The position numbers and the translations under genes were made by a program. Of a stretch of DNA of 17,707 nucleotides, positions 1-8,796 are shown piece after piece. How positions within the stretch are numbered: the stretch's first letter is position 1; the number at the start of each line of letters is the position of its first letter. The notes below the pieces were generated by a model. The model was not told where the DNA came from. It ran no database searches and saw only the letters and a program-made list of their open reading frames with translations. The stretch comes from Deinococcaceae bacterium (GTDB taxonomy: Bacteria; Deinococcota; Deinococci; Deinococcales; Trueperaceae). The stretch is taken from positions 57,208 to 74,914 of the forward strand of contig JBDZWC010000002.1 of NCBI GenBank assembly GCA_040256005.1. Direction: 5' to 3'.

Positions 1-25
1 TGGTCGCAGAGAGGACCAGCTGAGG

Positions 26-100
26 CGCGAGGACGGGTCATCCGAGCTACTCGTTCGCGAGGACGGGTCATCCGAGCTACTCGTTCGCGAGGACGGGTCA
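26..100. repeat. Perfect tandem repeat, 30-bp unit CGCGAGGACGGGTCATCCGAGCTACTCGTT x 2.5
   Basis: Identical copies at 26-55 and 56-85, plus a half copy at 86-100; no spacers. Confidence 0.95.
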
Positions 101-226
101 GCGGGCTCGGTTGGTTGGCGCCAACAGTAGGGGGCACACCGCGCGACACTGGGATGAGGAACGGCAAGTGCCGAGGACTACACGGCGACCGCCGAGCGGG
201 GCGCCGGCACGCCAGGACCGCGACGC

Positions 227-232
227 TAGCCT
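227..232 (+). promoter_or_regulatory. Putative -10 box (TAGCCT) of a leaderless comF transcript
   Basis: TAnnnT hexamer ends 6 nt before ATG 239; no Shine-Dalgarno present. Leaderless mRNAs are common in Deinococcota. Confidence 0.5.
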
Positions 233-238
233 GCCGCC

Positions 239-901
239 ATGGCGCGAGTTCGGTCCGTAGCGCACGGGATAGCAGACGTCACCCTGGGTTCGTTGGACCG
301 CTGTCCGGTCTGCCGAGCCGCTCCGTCCGGCAGCACCGGAGTGTGCGGCGCATGCGTCGCCTGGCTCGAGGCCGCGGCGCGGGCGCTGCCACCGCCGTCG
401 GGTGAGCTCTGCTGGGTGGGGCCGCATGCGGGCCCCTTGCAGCGGTGCGTCGCGGCGTTCAAGCACGGGGGCGGGAGTAGGCTCGGCGAGTTCTTGGGCC
501 AGCTGCTCACGCTGCGGCTGGCGCGCTGGTCCTACCAGCCCGACGTCGTAGCGCACGTGCCGGCATCCGGTGAGAGGCTGGCCGAGCGCGGCTTCGACCA
601 GGCCGCCGTGCTGGCGTCCGTGGTGTCGCGTGCCATCAGGCGCCCGCACTTAGCAGCGCTCGCGCGCTCGCCCGTGGCCACGAGCCAGAAGCGCCTGACC
701 CGCGCCGGTAGAGCGGTGAACGCCGGCGGCGCGTTCGGCGCCACACGCGGCGTCTCCGGGCGGGTGTTGCTTGTCGATGACGTGCTGACGACCGGCGCCA
801 CGTACCGCGCCTGCGTCGCCGCGCTCCTCTCCGCAGGGGCGACGGAGGTCCGGGGGGCGTTCGTGGCGCGCACCGTGAGGTCCGCAGCGGGACGCGCTTG
901 A
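239..901 (+). CDS. comF: ComF family phosphoribosyltransferase-like competence protein
   Basis: N-terminal CPVC...CGAC zinc ligands, FKH-G, ERGFDQA, SQKRLTR and the PRPP-binding motif VLLVDDVLTTGAT. Confidence 0.9.
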   Translation: MARVRSVAHGIADVTLGSLDRCPVCRAAPSGSTGVCGACVAWLEAAARALPPPSGELCWVGPHAGPLQRCVAAFKHGGGSRLGEFLGQLLTLRLARWSYQPDVVAHVPASGERLAERGFDQAAVLASVVSRAIRRPHLAALARSPVATSQKRLTRAGRAVNAGGAFGATRGVSGRVLLVDDVLTTGATYRACVAALLSAGATEVRGAFVARTVRSAAGRA

Positions 902-959
902 GGCGTCGCGCGCCCAAGGGCTCTCCGGCTCCGGCGTGCGGGGCCGAGCGCCTCGTCGC

Positions 960-1403
960 TCAGAGCCCGAAGATCACCGCCACCGCGACTCCCAGCACCG
1001 CCCCCACGATCACCTGGGGGTAGGTGTGGCCCAGCAGCGTCCGCAGCGCCTGCGGCTTGAAGCCCTCGTCGAAGAGGTGGCCCAGCTCGCTGACCAGCTC
1101 GTTGATCAGCTCGGCCTGCAGGCCCGCGGCCCGCCTGATACCGGTGGCGTCGTACATGACGATGGACCCGAACACGGCGGCTATCGCGAAGTGCGCGCTC
1201 TGCCAGCCGTACTGCATGCCGAGCGCGACGGCCAGGGCCGACACGGCGGCGCTGTGAGACGATGGCATGCCGCCCGTCTCCAGCAGTCGAGCGAACGCCC
1301 AGCGCCGCTCCGTGAGCACGACGATGATCAGCTTCAGGATCTGGGCCACCGCCGTGGCCACGATCGCGACCATCAGCGGCGTGTTGGCCACCAACTCGCT
1401 CAC
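960..1403 (-). CDS. Divergent PAP2 / DUF212 (acid phosphatase/vanadium haloperoxidase-related) membrane protein, 147 aa
   Basis: Motifs GGMPSSHSA, VMYDATGIRRAAGxQA and LGHTxxQV. Start reassigned to GTG 1403, which overlaps the folD stop (GTGA); the ORF-track extension to 1862 overlaps folD. Confidence 0.88.
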   Translation of the reverse strand: MSELVANTPLMVAIVATAVAQILKLIIVVLTERRWAFARLLETGGMPSSHSAAVSALAVALGMQYGWQSAHFAIAAVFGSIVMYDATGIRRAAGLQAELINELVSELGHLFDEGFKPQALRTLLGHTYPQVIVGAVLGVAVAVIFGL

Positions 1404-2239
1404 GCGCTCCCCCGGCGCGCCAGGGCGGCGTCGAGGGTGTTGGCGACGACCATCGCGACCGTCATGAGCCCGGTGCCGCCCGGCATCGGCGTCAGCCAGC
1501 CCGCCACCTCCGCCACGTCGGGGTCCACGTCGCCGACCACCTTGCCTTCGACACGCGAGAGGCCCACGTCGAAGACCGCCGCCCCCGGCTTGACCATGCC
1601 GGGCGTGACGAGCCCGGGCCGTCCGGCGGCCACCACCAGCACGTCGGCGGCGCGCGTTACCGCGGGCAGGTCGCGCGTGCGTGAGTGGGCCAGCGTGACG
1701 GTCGCGTCGCGAGCCAGTAGCATCGCCGCCAGAGGCTTGCCAACCAGGTTCGAGCGGCCGACGATCACCGCCTGCGCCCCCGACAGCGGCACGTCGAAGC
1801 GGTCGGCCAAGGCGACGACGCCGGAGGGCGTGGCCGGCCGCAGGCCCGGCCGGCCGCTCCACAGCCTGCCGACGTTCATGGGGTGGAGGCCGTCTACGTC
1901 CTTGGCCGGGTCGATGGCCTCGAGCACGACGGCCTCGTCCATCCCGGGAGCCGGCAGCTGCACGAGGATGCCGTCCACGTCCTCGTCCTCGTTCAGCCGC
2001 CCGATGAGGTCCAGCAACGCAGGCTGACCCGTGCCCTCGGGCAGCACCCGGGTCTCGGAGGTGATCCCCACCTTGGCGGCCAGACGCTCCTTGGAGCGGA
2101 CGTAGTAGGCGCTGGCCGGGTCGTCCCCCACCCGCACGAAGGTCAGCTTCGGCGTGAAGCTCAGTCCGGCCACCCGGTCGCTGAGGCTCGCCACCAGCTC
2201 AGCCGAGGCCAGCCTACCGTCGAGCACGCTGGCGCTCAC
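1400..2239 (-). CDS. folD: Bifunctional methylenetetrahydrofolate dehydrogenase/cyclohydrolase FolD, 279 aa
   Basis: VGDDPASAYYVRSK, DGILVQLP, KDVDGLHPMN, IVGRSNLVGKP, TPMPGGTGLMTVAM. GTG 2239 has AAGGAG upstream and overlaps the nusB stop. Confidence 0.96.
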   Translation of the reverse strand: MSASVLDGRLASAELVASLSDRVAGLSFTPKLTFVRVGDDPASAYYVRSKERLAAKVGITSETRVLPEGTGQPALLDLIGRLNEDEDVDGILVQLPAPGMDEAVVLEAIDPAKDVDGLHPMNVGRLWSGRPGLRPATPSGVVALADRFDVPLSGAQAVIVGRSNLVGKPLAAMLLARDATVTLAHSRTRDLPAVTRAADVLVVAAGRPGLVTPGMVKPGAAVFDVGLSRVEGKVVGDVDPDVAEVAGWLTPMPGGTGLMTVAMVVANTLDAALARRGSA

Positions 2240-2769
2240 CGCTCGTCTCCTTCGTCGTTCGCTCGCGCCGGCACGCCGTTTTCGCCGCCCGCCCGCTCCG
2301 AGACGGACTCCGGGGCGCCGAGAGCCTCGGACCTGAGGGCCCTCACCACCTTCGCCAGCACGCCGTTGACGAAGCGGCCCGAGTCGTCTCCGCCGTAGCG
2401 TTTGGCCACCCGTACCGCCATCTCGAGCACCACCGGCGGCGGCGTGTCGAGGTGGAGGAGCTCCGTCACGGCCACGCGCAGGACGTTGAGGTCGGTCTGT
2501 GACATCTGTGAGAACGTCCAGCCGGCGATGTTCTCCTCGAGGACCGCGTCCACACGCTCGCCGTCGGCGGCGTAGGCCTTGAGGAGCGTGTCGGCGAGCT
2601 CTAGCGCCGTCCTGTCGAGCGGGTCGCCGTAGGGATCGTCCGCGCTGTCCTCGGGTTCCTCCGCTAGGTCGGACCGCACACCGGACCACACCGCCAGCAG
2701 GTCATCCGAGCCTCGCTCCGCCTGGAAGAGGGTGCGGAACGCGAGCTCCCTCGCCCGCCGCCTAGCCAA
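2236..2769 (-). CDS. nusB: Transcription antitermination factor NusB
   Basis: N-terminal RRRARELAFRTLFQ, DLNVLRVA, C-terminal AKRYGGDDSGRFVNGVLAK; conserved position before folD; TTG start. Confidence 0.94.
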   Translation of the reverse strand: MARRRARELAFRTLFQAERGSDDLLAVWSGVRSDLAEEPEDSADDPYGDPLDRTALELADTLLKAYAADGERVDAVLEENIAGWTFSQMSQTDLNVLRVAVTELLHLDTPPPVVLEMAVRVAKRYGGDDSGRFVNGVLAKVVRALRSEALGAPESVSERAGGENGVPARANDEGDER

Positions 2770-2789
2770 CTGGGTACCAGCGCACGCTC

Positions 2790-3128
2790 TTAGCCACCGC
2801 TCTGCTTGAGGTCGACGTCCTCGACCGTCACGTCGACCGTCGCGACGCTCAGGCCCGTCATCGACGCGACCGCTTCCCGCACCGCACGCTGGGCTTCGAG
2901 CGCAACCTTCGGGATCTCGACGCCGTAATCGACGCAGACGGTCAGGGACGCGGAGATGCCGTCCTCACCACGATCGATCTGAATGCCCTTGGCCCGCCTG
3001 CCCGTGAGGATCTCGCCGACCCTCACCGGCGGCTGCACCGTGTGGAGCCCCTCGACCTGATCGAGGGCCAGCTGGACGATGCCGTAGAGGACGTCGGGCG
3101 AGATCTCCAGGTCGGTCGCCTCGGTCAT
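2790..3128 (-). CDS. Asp23/Gls24 family protein (YqhY-like)
   Basis: ISPDVL, VDYGVEIPKVALEAQRAVREAVASMTGLSVATVDVTVEDV; synteny accC-yqhY-nusB-folD as in Bacillus subtilis. Confidence 0.9.
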   Translation of the reverse strand: MTEATDLEISPDVLYGIVQLALDQVEGLHTVQPPVRVGEILTGRRAKGIQIDRGEDGISASLTVCVDYGVEIPKVALEAQRAVREAVASMTGLSVATVDVTVEDVDLKQSGG

Positions 3129-4462
3129 GACGTCATCCTACGCGGGACGAAGTTGGTGTAGACCTGCCCGCGACGGAAGAAAGCGTTGTCCAGCACGCGG
3201 AGGTGGAACGGGATCGTCGTCTTGACGCCTTCGATGACGGTCTCGCGCAGGCTGCGCTCCATACGCATGATGGCCTCGTCCCTCGTGGGTGCCCAGGCGA
3301 TGATCTTGGCCAGCAGGCTGTCGTAGTTGGGCGGGATCCGGTAGCCGGTGTACACGTGGGAGTCCACACGCACCCCCGGCCCGCCCGGCCAGTGCACGTC
3401 CGTGATCGTGCCGGCCATGGGCCGGAAGTCGTGGTCTGGGTCCTCGGCGTTGATCCGCACCTCGATCGCGTGGCCGTCCACTGCCAGGTCCTCCTGCCGC
3501 CAGGAGAGCCCTTCCCCGGCCGCCACCTTGATCTGCTCCTGCACCAGGTCGGTGCCCGTGATCATCTCGGTGACGGGGTGCTCGACCTGGATGCGGGTGT
3601 TCATCTCGGAGAAGTAGAAGTTGCCCTGCTTGTCGACGAGGAACTCGCAGGTGCCGGCGCCGCGGTACGAGACGTGTCGTGCCAGCTTGACGGCGGCCTC
3701 GGCGATGCTCCGGCGCAGGTCGTCAGCCAGCAGCGACGGCCCCTCCTCCAGCAGCTTCTGGTAGCGGCGCTGGATGGAGCAGTCGCGCTCGAACAGCTGG
3801 ACGACGTTCCCTTCGCCGTCCCCGAACACCTGTACCTCGATGTGCTTGGGCTCCTCGATGTACTTCTCGATGTAGAGCTCGGGGTTGCCGAACGCGGCCC
3901 TGGCCTCCTCCTGGGCGTTGACGAACTGACGCTCCAGATCCGTGTAGCTCTGCACGACGCGCATGCCGCGCCCGCCTCCGCCGGCCGAGGCCTTCAGGAT
4001 CAGCGGGAAACCCACCTCGTCCGCGAACGTGCGGGCGCCGTCGAGCCCGTGGAGGGCGCCGCTGCCGGGCGTCACCGGCACGCCCGCCTCCTGGGCCAGG
4101 GCCCGAGCCGCGGACTTGTCACCGATACGGGCGATGTTCTCGGGCCGGGGCCCGATGAAGACGAGGTTGTGCTCCTCGCATTTCGTGGCGAACTCGGCGT
4201 TCTCGGCGAGGAAGCCGTAGCCCGGGTGCACGGCGTCGGCGCCGGTCACGACGGCGGCGGCCAGGATGTTCCTGACGTTGAGGTAGCTGTTGCCGGCCGG
4301 CGGGGGCCCGATGCACACGGCCTCGTCGGCGAGCAGCACGGGCAACGAGCTCTCGTCCGCCTGGGAGTAGACGACGACCGTCTGTACCCCCAGCTCGCGA
4401 GCGGCACGCACGACCCTGAGGGCGATCTCGCCCCGGTTGGCTACGAGGATCTTACGGAACAT
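3125..4462 (-). CDS. accC: Acetyl-CoA carboxylase, biotin carboxylase subunit
   Basis: KILVANRGEIALR, HPGYGFLAEN, KASAGGGGRGMR, ERDCSIQRRYQK, EMNTRIQVEHPVTE, YDSLLAKII. Confidence 0.97.
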   Translation of the reverse strand: MFRKILVANRGEIALRVVRAARELGVQTVVVYSQADESSLPVLLADEAVCIGPPPAGNSYLNVRNILAAAVVTGADAVHPGYGFLAENAEFATKCEEHNLVFIGPRPENIARIGDKSAARALAQEAGVPVTPGSGALHGLDGARTFADEVGFPLILKASAGGGGRGMRVVQSYTDLERQFVNAQEEARAAFGNPELYIEKYIEEPKHIEVQVFGDGEGNVVQLFERDCSIQRRYQKLLEEGPSLLADDLRRSIAEAAVKLARHVSYRGAGTCEFLVDKQGNFYFSEMNTRIQVEHPVTEMITGTDLVQEQIKVAAGEGLSWRQEDLAVDGHAIEVRINAEDPDHDFRPMAGTITDVHWPGGPGVRVDSHVYTGYRIPPNYDSLLAKIIAWAPTRDEAIMRMERSLRETVIEGVKTTIPFHLRVLDNAFFRRGQVYTNFVPRRMTS

Positions 4463-4473
4463 GCTGTCGTCCT

Positions 4474-4962
<489 letters not shown>

Positions 4963-4967
4963 GCCGC

Positions 4968-5525
4968 TCAGGCCCTACCCAGGTACTCGCCGGTGCGCGT
5001 ATCGACCCTGACGACCTCGCCCTGCTCGATGAACAGCGGCACGTTGACCGTGGCGCCGGACTCCAGCTCCGCGGGCTTGGACCCGCCCGAGACCGTGTCG
5101 CCCCTCACGCCGGGATCGGTCCTCGTGATGGCGAGCTCGACGACGTTGGGCAGGGTCACCTTGAGCGGCCTGCCCTGGTAGTAGTCGACGGTCACCTCGA
5201 CGTTCTCCTTGAGGAACCTGGCGCCGTCGCCGATCTGATCGCGCGTCAGCGTGGGCTGCTCGAACGTCTCGTTGTCCATGAACGTGTAGTGGTCGCCGTC
5301 GACGTACAGGAACGACATCGTCCGGTACTCGATGAAGATGTCCTGGATCTTCTCCGTCGCGTTGAAGGAGCGCTCGACGATCGAGCCGGTCTCCAGGTTG
5401 CGGAACTTGGCGACCATCTTGGCGCCGCCGCGGCCGATCTTCTGATGCTGGTAATCGACGACCTCCCAGAGACCGCCGTCCATCTCGACCTTGGTGCCGC
5501 TGCGCAGGTCTGTAACGCTGATCAT
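4968..5525 (-). CDS. efp: Translation elongation factor P (Arg32 type)
   Basis: MISVTDLR, HQKIGRGGA, PGVRGDTVSGGSKPA, VPLFIEQGE, VDTRTGEY. Confidence 0.98.
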   Translation of the reverse strand: MISVTDLRSGTKVEMDGGLWEVVDYQHQKIGRGGAKMVAKFRNLETGSIVERSFNATEKIQDIFIEYRTMSFLYVDGDHYTFMDNETFEQPTLTRDQIGDGARFLKENVEVTVDYYQGRPLKVTLPNVVELAITRTDPGVRGDTVSGGSKPAELESGATVNVPLFIEQGEVVRVDTRTGEYLGRA

Positions 5526-5635
5526 AGGTTCCCTTGTCCTCCGACTGCCCTAGCTGGCCGCACTCAAGCAGCCGGGTCTCCCCCGACAGGCGGCTCTTTC
5601 GGCCCCGCCTGTGACACAGGGGCCCGAGACGGGCC

Positions 5636-5644
5636 AGTCTAGCA
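5636..5644 (-). promoter_or_regulatory. Putative extended -10 promoter (TGcTAGACT) for the efp-acc-nusB-folD operon
   Basis: Minus-strand TGnTAnnnT about 110 nt upstream of the efp ATG. Confidence 0.5.
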
Positions 5645-5672
5645 TCCGGCCTTGAGCGTGGCAGACGGCACA

Positions 5673-5699
5673 GCCGCCCGCGCCGGTACCACGGGCGGC
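5673..5699 (-). terminator. GC-rich hairpin just downstream of the 5706-6623 gene (terminator-like, weak U-tract)
   Basis: GCCGCCCG (5673-5680) and CGGGCGGC (5692-5699) form a perfect 8-bp inverted repeat beginning 6 nt after the stop codon; there is no clear poly-U. Confidence 0.35.
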
Positions 5700-5705
5700 C
5701 AGGCT

Positions 5706-6623
5706 CTACGCCCGCAGGTCCACGACCGTCGGCCCCAGCCCCGCCTGCGCGATCAGCTGGTCGTAGCGCTCGCGGCCCAGTTCCCCGTTCGCGCCCTCCA
5801 CGGCGACCAGCGCTGCCTCGAGGAGGTTGGTGCCCACCGACCTGCCGCCCACCCGTGGCGTGGTCGTGATCAGTCGCCTCGCGCCCCTGCTCCTGAGCAT
5901 CTCCACGTCGGCCGGCGTCGTCGTGTTCGTGAGCACGTCCTTGTCTGCCAGGTCACGTGGCGCGTAGCGGCGGATGTAGTGCCAGTCGCCGGCGATGACG
6001 TCGGCCCAAGCGAAGTGCTGCGCCAGGCCGGGTCGCGAGCCCGCCGACTCCTGCGAGGATCCCGTCGGGTAGAACCACCTCACCGGCAGCCGCGCGATCA
6101 CGGGCAGCAGCACGGCGGCGACCCGCCGCAGCGTCCCGAGCGACCTCAGGGGCACGTCGACGCCGAGGCCGAACACGATGTCGCCGAAGATGACGTCCGC
6201 GCCCAGCCCAGCGATCGTCTCCGCCATCCCGAAGCGGTCGACGGAGTTGACCAGCAGCACGCGCCTGTCCCGCCAGCCCAGTAGCTCGTCGAGAGCCGTG
6301 ACCGCATGGCGCTCAAGGCTGTCCTTCAGACCGGCGCCGCAGACGACGGGCGTCCGCCGCGCGGCCGAGGCGATGCGCAGCGAGTCGCGCAGGTAGTACC
6401 GCCTGTCACCTACCCGCAGGTAGAGGTCGGTGCCGCCCAGGCCGATCGCCTCGACCTGGCCGTCGAGCTCGGCCACCAACCGGCGGGCCGCGGCCAGGTC
6501 TCCCCCGGTGCCGAGGCGCCGGAGACGCACCCGCACGCCGAGCAGGTCGAGGTAGTCGTCCATGTCCCGCGTCTTAGAGCCGATCGAGACGCTGACGACG
6601 GTCTTCTCGGGCGCGGCTGACAT
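5706..6623 (-). CDS. Conserved hypothetical protein of the family often auto-annotated 'quinate 5-dehydrogenase' (function unverified)
   Basis: VVSVSIGSKTRD, ELDGQVEAIGLGGTDLY, TPVVCGAGLKDSLER, VDRFGMA, IAGDWHYIRRYAP, ITTTPRVGGRSVGTNLLEA recalled as family motifs. The CDS is confident; the function is not. Confidence 0.75.
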   Translation of the reverse strand: MSAAPEKTVVSVSIGSKTRDMDDYLDLLGVRVRLRRLGTGGDLAAARRLVAELDGQVEAIGLGGTDLYLRVGDRRYYLRDSLRIASAARRTPVVCGAGLKDSLERHAVTALDELLGWRDRRVLLVNSVDRFGMAETIAGLGADVIFGDIVFGLGVDVPLRSLGTLRRVAAVLLPVIARLPVRWFYPTGSSQESAGSRPGLAQHFAWADVIAGDWHYIRRYAPRDLADKDVLTNTTTPADVEMLRSRGARRLITTTPRVGGRSVGTNLLEAALVAVEGANGELGRERYDQLIAQAGLGPTVVDLRA

Positions 6624-6670
6624 GAGCGCACCACGCTACCGCGCTGCGGACAGCGTGGTGTGCGATCCCT

Positions 6671-7219
6671 TCAGGACAGCGACTTGGCGTACCAGTCGAG
6701 GAGCGGTTTCGCGTCGATCGCGAACGTGTAGCCGAGACGTTCCCAGAAGCGCCGCGCCCTGGGGTTCTCCCCGTAGATGCTGGCGAGCAGCCTGCGCACC
6801 TTGCCCTTGAGGCGGGCCTCGAGGTCCTGAGCGCAGGCTCCGCCGATGCCGCGGCTCTGGAGGCCGGGGCTGACCAGCAACAGGTTGACGGTGGCGTCGC
6901 CGACCTCCGGGTAGTCGAGCTTGTAGTCGAGGTAACCAGCCACGACCCCGCCCGACACCGGATCTTTGATCACCGGTTGCACGCCGCTGGCGTGTTCGGG
7001 CCGCACGAGGACCAGCTCGACGTGCCGGCGTGGGTCCGCTCCCGCGGTGGCGAGGTCTGTGCTGACCTCCTCGAGCGTCGGAATCGGGATCGAGATGATG
7101 TCGAAGTACGACGGTGTGGCCAGGTAGAGGCCGTGCACGAGCGGGGCGTCTGAGGCTTCGGCTGGACGGGTCGTTACCGCGGTCTTCGTGGCGTCGTCGG
7201 GAGGCGTAGCGAGCAACAC
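6671..7219 (-). CDS. GNAT family N-acetyltransferase
   Basis: Acetyl-CoA-binding motif A (LLLVSPGLQSRGIGG) and motif B (NPRARRFWERLGY); AGGAG about 10 nt upstream of the GTG. Confidence 0.88.
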   Translation of the reverse strand: MLLATPPDDATKTAVTTRPAEASDAPLVHGLYLATPSYFDIISIPIPTLEEVSTDLATAGADPRRHVELVLVRPEHASGVQPVIKDPVSGGVVAGYLDYKLDYPEVGDATVNLLLVSPGLQSRGIGGACAQDLEARLKGKVRRLLASIYGENPRARRFWERLGYTFAIDAKPLLDWYAKSLS

Positions 7220-7298
7220 GTCAGGTCATCTCCTGCGGTGTGTCAACGACGAGGTGTCGAGCGGGCAGTGGGAACCCGCCTGGATGCGCTTTCCCCGG

Positions 7299-7307
7299 AT
7301 GATACCA
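7299..7307 (-). promoter_or_regulatory. Putative extended -10 promoter (TGgTATCAT) for the GNAT gene
   Basis: Near-consensus TGnTATCAT on the minus strand, about 80 nt upstream of the start. Confidence 0.5.
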
Positions 7308-7397
7308 GCGAGCGATGAGGGCTTCAGTGTCCGGGAGCCCTCTGCCGATGAGGCCTAGGCAGCGTCCCCAGGTCCCATCTTCGCGCCCTCGCAGCGC

Positions 7398-7423
7398 CGC
7401 CGCCCTTACCCGTCAGGGCGGCG
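7398..7423. other. Perfect 9-bp inverted repeat between divergent promoters
   Basis: CGCCGCCCT (7398-7406), 8-nt loop, AGGGCGGCG (7415-7423). Confidence 0.45.
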
Positions 7424-7440
7424 AGGAACGTGAGAACTCC

Positions 7441-7470
7441 TTGCCCTGGGAGCGGGCCGTGCCGTAGGGT
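7441..7470 (+). promoter_or_regulatory. Putative sigma70 promoter of the spt operon (-35 TTGCCC, 18 nt, -10 TAGGGT)
   Basis: TTGCCC at 7441-7446 and TAGGGT at 7465-7470, upstream of the GGAGG RBS at 7543-7547. Confidence 0.35.
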
Positions 7471-7552
7471 TATTCATGCTGGCGCCGACTTCGGTACGGG
7501 GTACCGCGAGGTCATCCTTGGCACAACGGCGCTTACCCCCCTGGAGGAACCC

Positions 7553-8788
7553 TTGTCCGAGGTAGCGCCACCAGAAGCGCACTCCGTCACGATGAAGAAG
7601 GCTGAGGACGCCTTCGCGAAGGCGTTCGCCTTCCGCCGGGCCGACGAGGCCGCCGCGGCGGGCATGCACCCCTACTTCAAGCCGATAGCTTCCCAGCGGG
7701 GCGGCACGGTCATGGTGAACGGCCACGAGATGGTCATCACCGGCTCCAACGACTACCTGGGCCTCACTCAGGACCCGCGTCTGAAGGAGGCAGCCCGCTC
7801 GGCGCTGGACGACTTCGGCACCTCGTGCACCGGCTCGCGGTTCCTGACCGGGACGCTGACCCTGCACGAGGAGCTCGAGCACAGGCTCGCGGAGTTCCTC
7901 GGCAAGGAGTCGGCCCTCACGTTCTCGGCCGGCTACCTGGGCTGCCTCTCGGTGATCTCCGCCCTGGCCGGCAGGCACGACATCCTGTACTACGACCGCG
8001 AGAACCACGCTTCGCTGTACGACGCCGCCAAGCTCTCGTTCGCTTCGTTGCGCAAGTTCGAGCACAACGATCTCGCCGGCCTGGCCCGGCTCCTGGAGCA
8101 GGACGCGGGCCGACCGGGTGGACGCATCATCGTCACCGACGGCGTGTTCTCGATGAGCGGCCATATCGCCAAGCTGCCAGAGCTCGTGGAGATCAAGCGC
8201 CGCTACGGCGCCAGGCTGATCGTCGACGACGCCCACGCCACCGGCGTGCTCGGCCCCGACGGGCGCGGTACGGGTGACCACTTCGGGCTGGTGGACGAGA
8301 TAGACGTGGTCATCGGCACGTTCTCGAAGTCGCTGGCCAGCGTCGGCGGGTTCATGGCGGCCGACAGGGCCGTCGTGCAGTTCGTGAAGCACTCCGCGCG
8401 GCCGTTCATCTTCACCGCCGCCCTGCCGGCCATGCAGATGGCGGCGGCGCTCAAGGCACTCGAGATCATGCAGGCCGAACCCGAGCTGCGCGTACAGCTG
8501 TGGGAGAACGTCCACCGGCTCCGGAACGGCATGAACGAGCTGGGCTTCGACACCCTCGGGTCCGAGACGCCCATCGTGCCGGTGCTCGTCGGGCCCGACG
8601 AGCTGGCCATGGCCTTCTGGAAGGGCCTGTGGGAGGAGGGCGTCTTCACCACGCCCGCTCTGCCGCCGGGCGTGCCCAACGGCCAGTCGATCATCCGTAC
8701 CAGCGTCAACGCCAACCACACCGCCGAACAGCTCGACCGGCTCCTGTCCGCGTTCGCCTTGGTCGGCAGGCGGCTCGGCGTCATCTGA
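7553..8788 (+). CDS. spt: Serine palmitoyltransferase-type PLP-dependent alpha-oxoamine synthase, about 411 aa
   Basis: HPYFKPI, GSNDYLGLT, GTSCTGSRFLTGT, NHAS, DGVFSM, VDDAH and PLP-lysine motif GTFSKSLASVGGF (SPT-type; BioF/Kbl typically have GTLGKA). Immediately followed by a bCerS-type GNAT. Start taken at TTG 7553 after GGAGG; ATG 7592 is an alternative. Confidence 0.8.
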   Translation: MSEVAPPEAHSVTMKKAEDAFAKAFAFRRADEAAAAGMHPYFKPIASQRGGTVMVNGHEMVITGSNDYLGLTQDPRLKEAARSALDDFGTSCTGSRFLTGTLTLHEELEHRLAEFLGKESALTFSAGYLGCLSVISALAGRHDILYYDRENHASLYDAAKLSFASLRKFEHNDLAGLARLLEQDAGRPGGRIIVTDGVFSMSGHIAKLPELVEIKRRYGARLIVDDAHATGVLGPDGRGTGDHFGLVDEIDVVIGTFSKSLASVGGFMAADRAVVQFVKHSARPFIFTAALPAMQMAAALKALEIMQAEPELRVQLWENVHRLRNGMNELGFDTLGSETPIVPVLVGPDELAMAFWKGLWEEGVFTTPALPPGVPNGQSIIRTSVNANHTAEQLDRLLSAFALVGRRLGVI

Positions 8789-8796
8789 GGACCGCC

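Noticed and set aside
26..100. CRISPR array
   Set aside because: The repeats are directly abutting with no unique spacers, and no cas genes are in the window.
960..2689. Long N-terminal extensions of DUF212 (to 1862) and FolD (to 2689), and likewise of the ORFs starting at 7430, 8500, 9810 and 11578
   Set aside because: The extensions overlap upstream genes or promoter DNA; better starts with an RBS or stop/start coupling exist at 1403, 2239, 7553, 8797, 9909 and 11632.
7221..7229. ATG-ACC-TGA mini-ORF upstream of the GNAT gene on the minus strand
   Set aside because: It directly abuts the AGGAG with no spacing; the RBS fits GTG 7219 better.
7553..8788. Annotation as BioF (8-amino-7-oxononanoate synthase) or Kbl
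   Set aside because: The GTFSKS PLP motif, the PYF N-terminal motif and the adjacent bCerS-type GNAT favour SPT; no bio or tdh genes are nearby. Not formally excluded without a tree.
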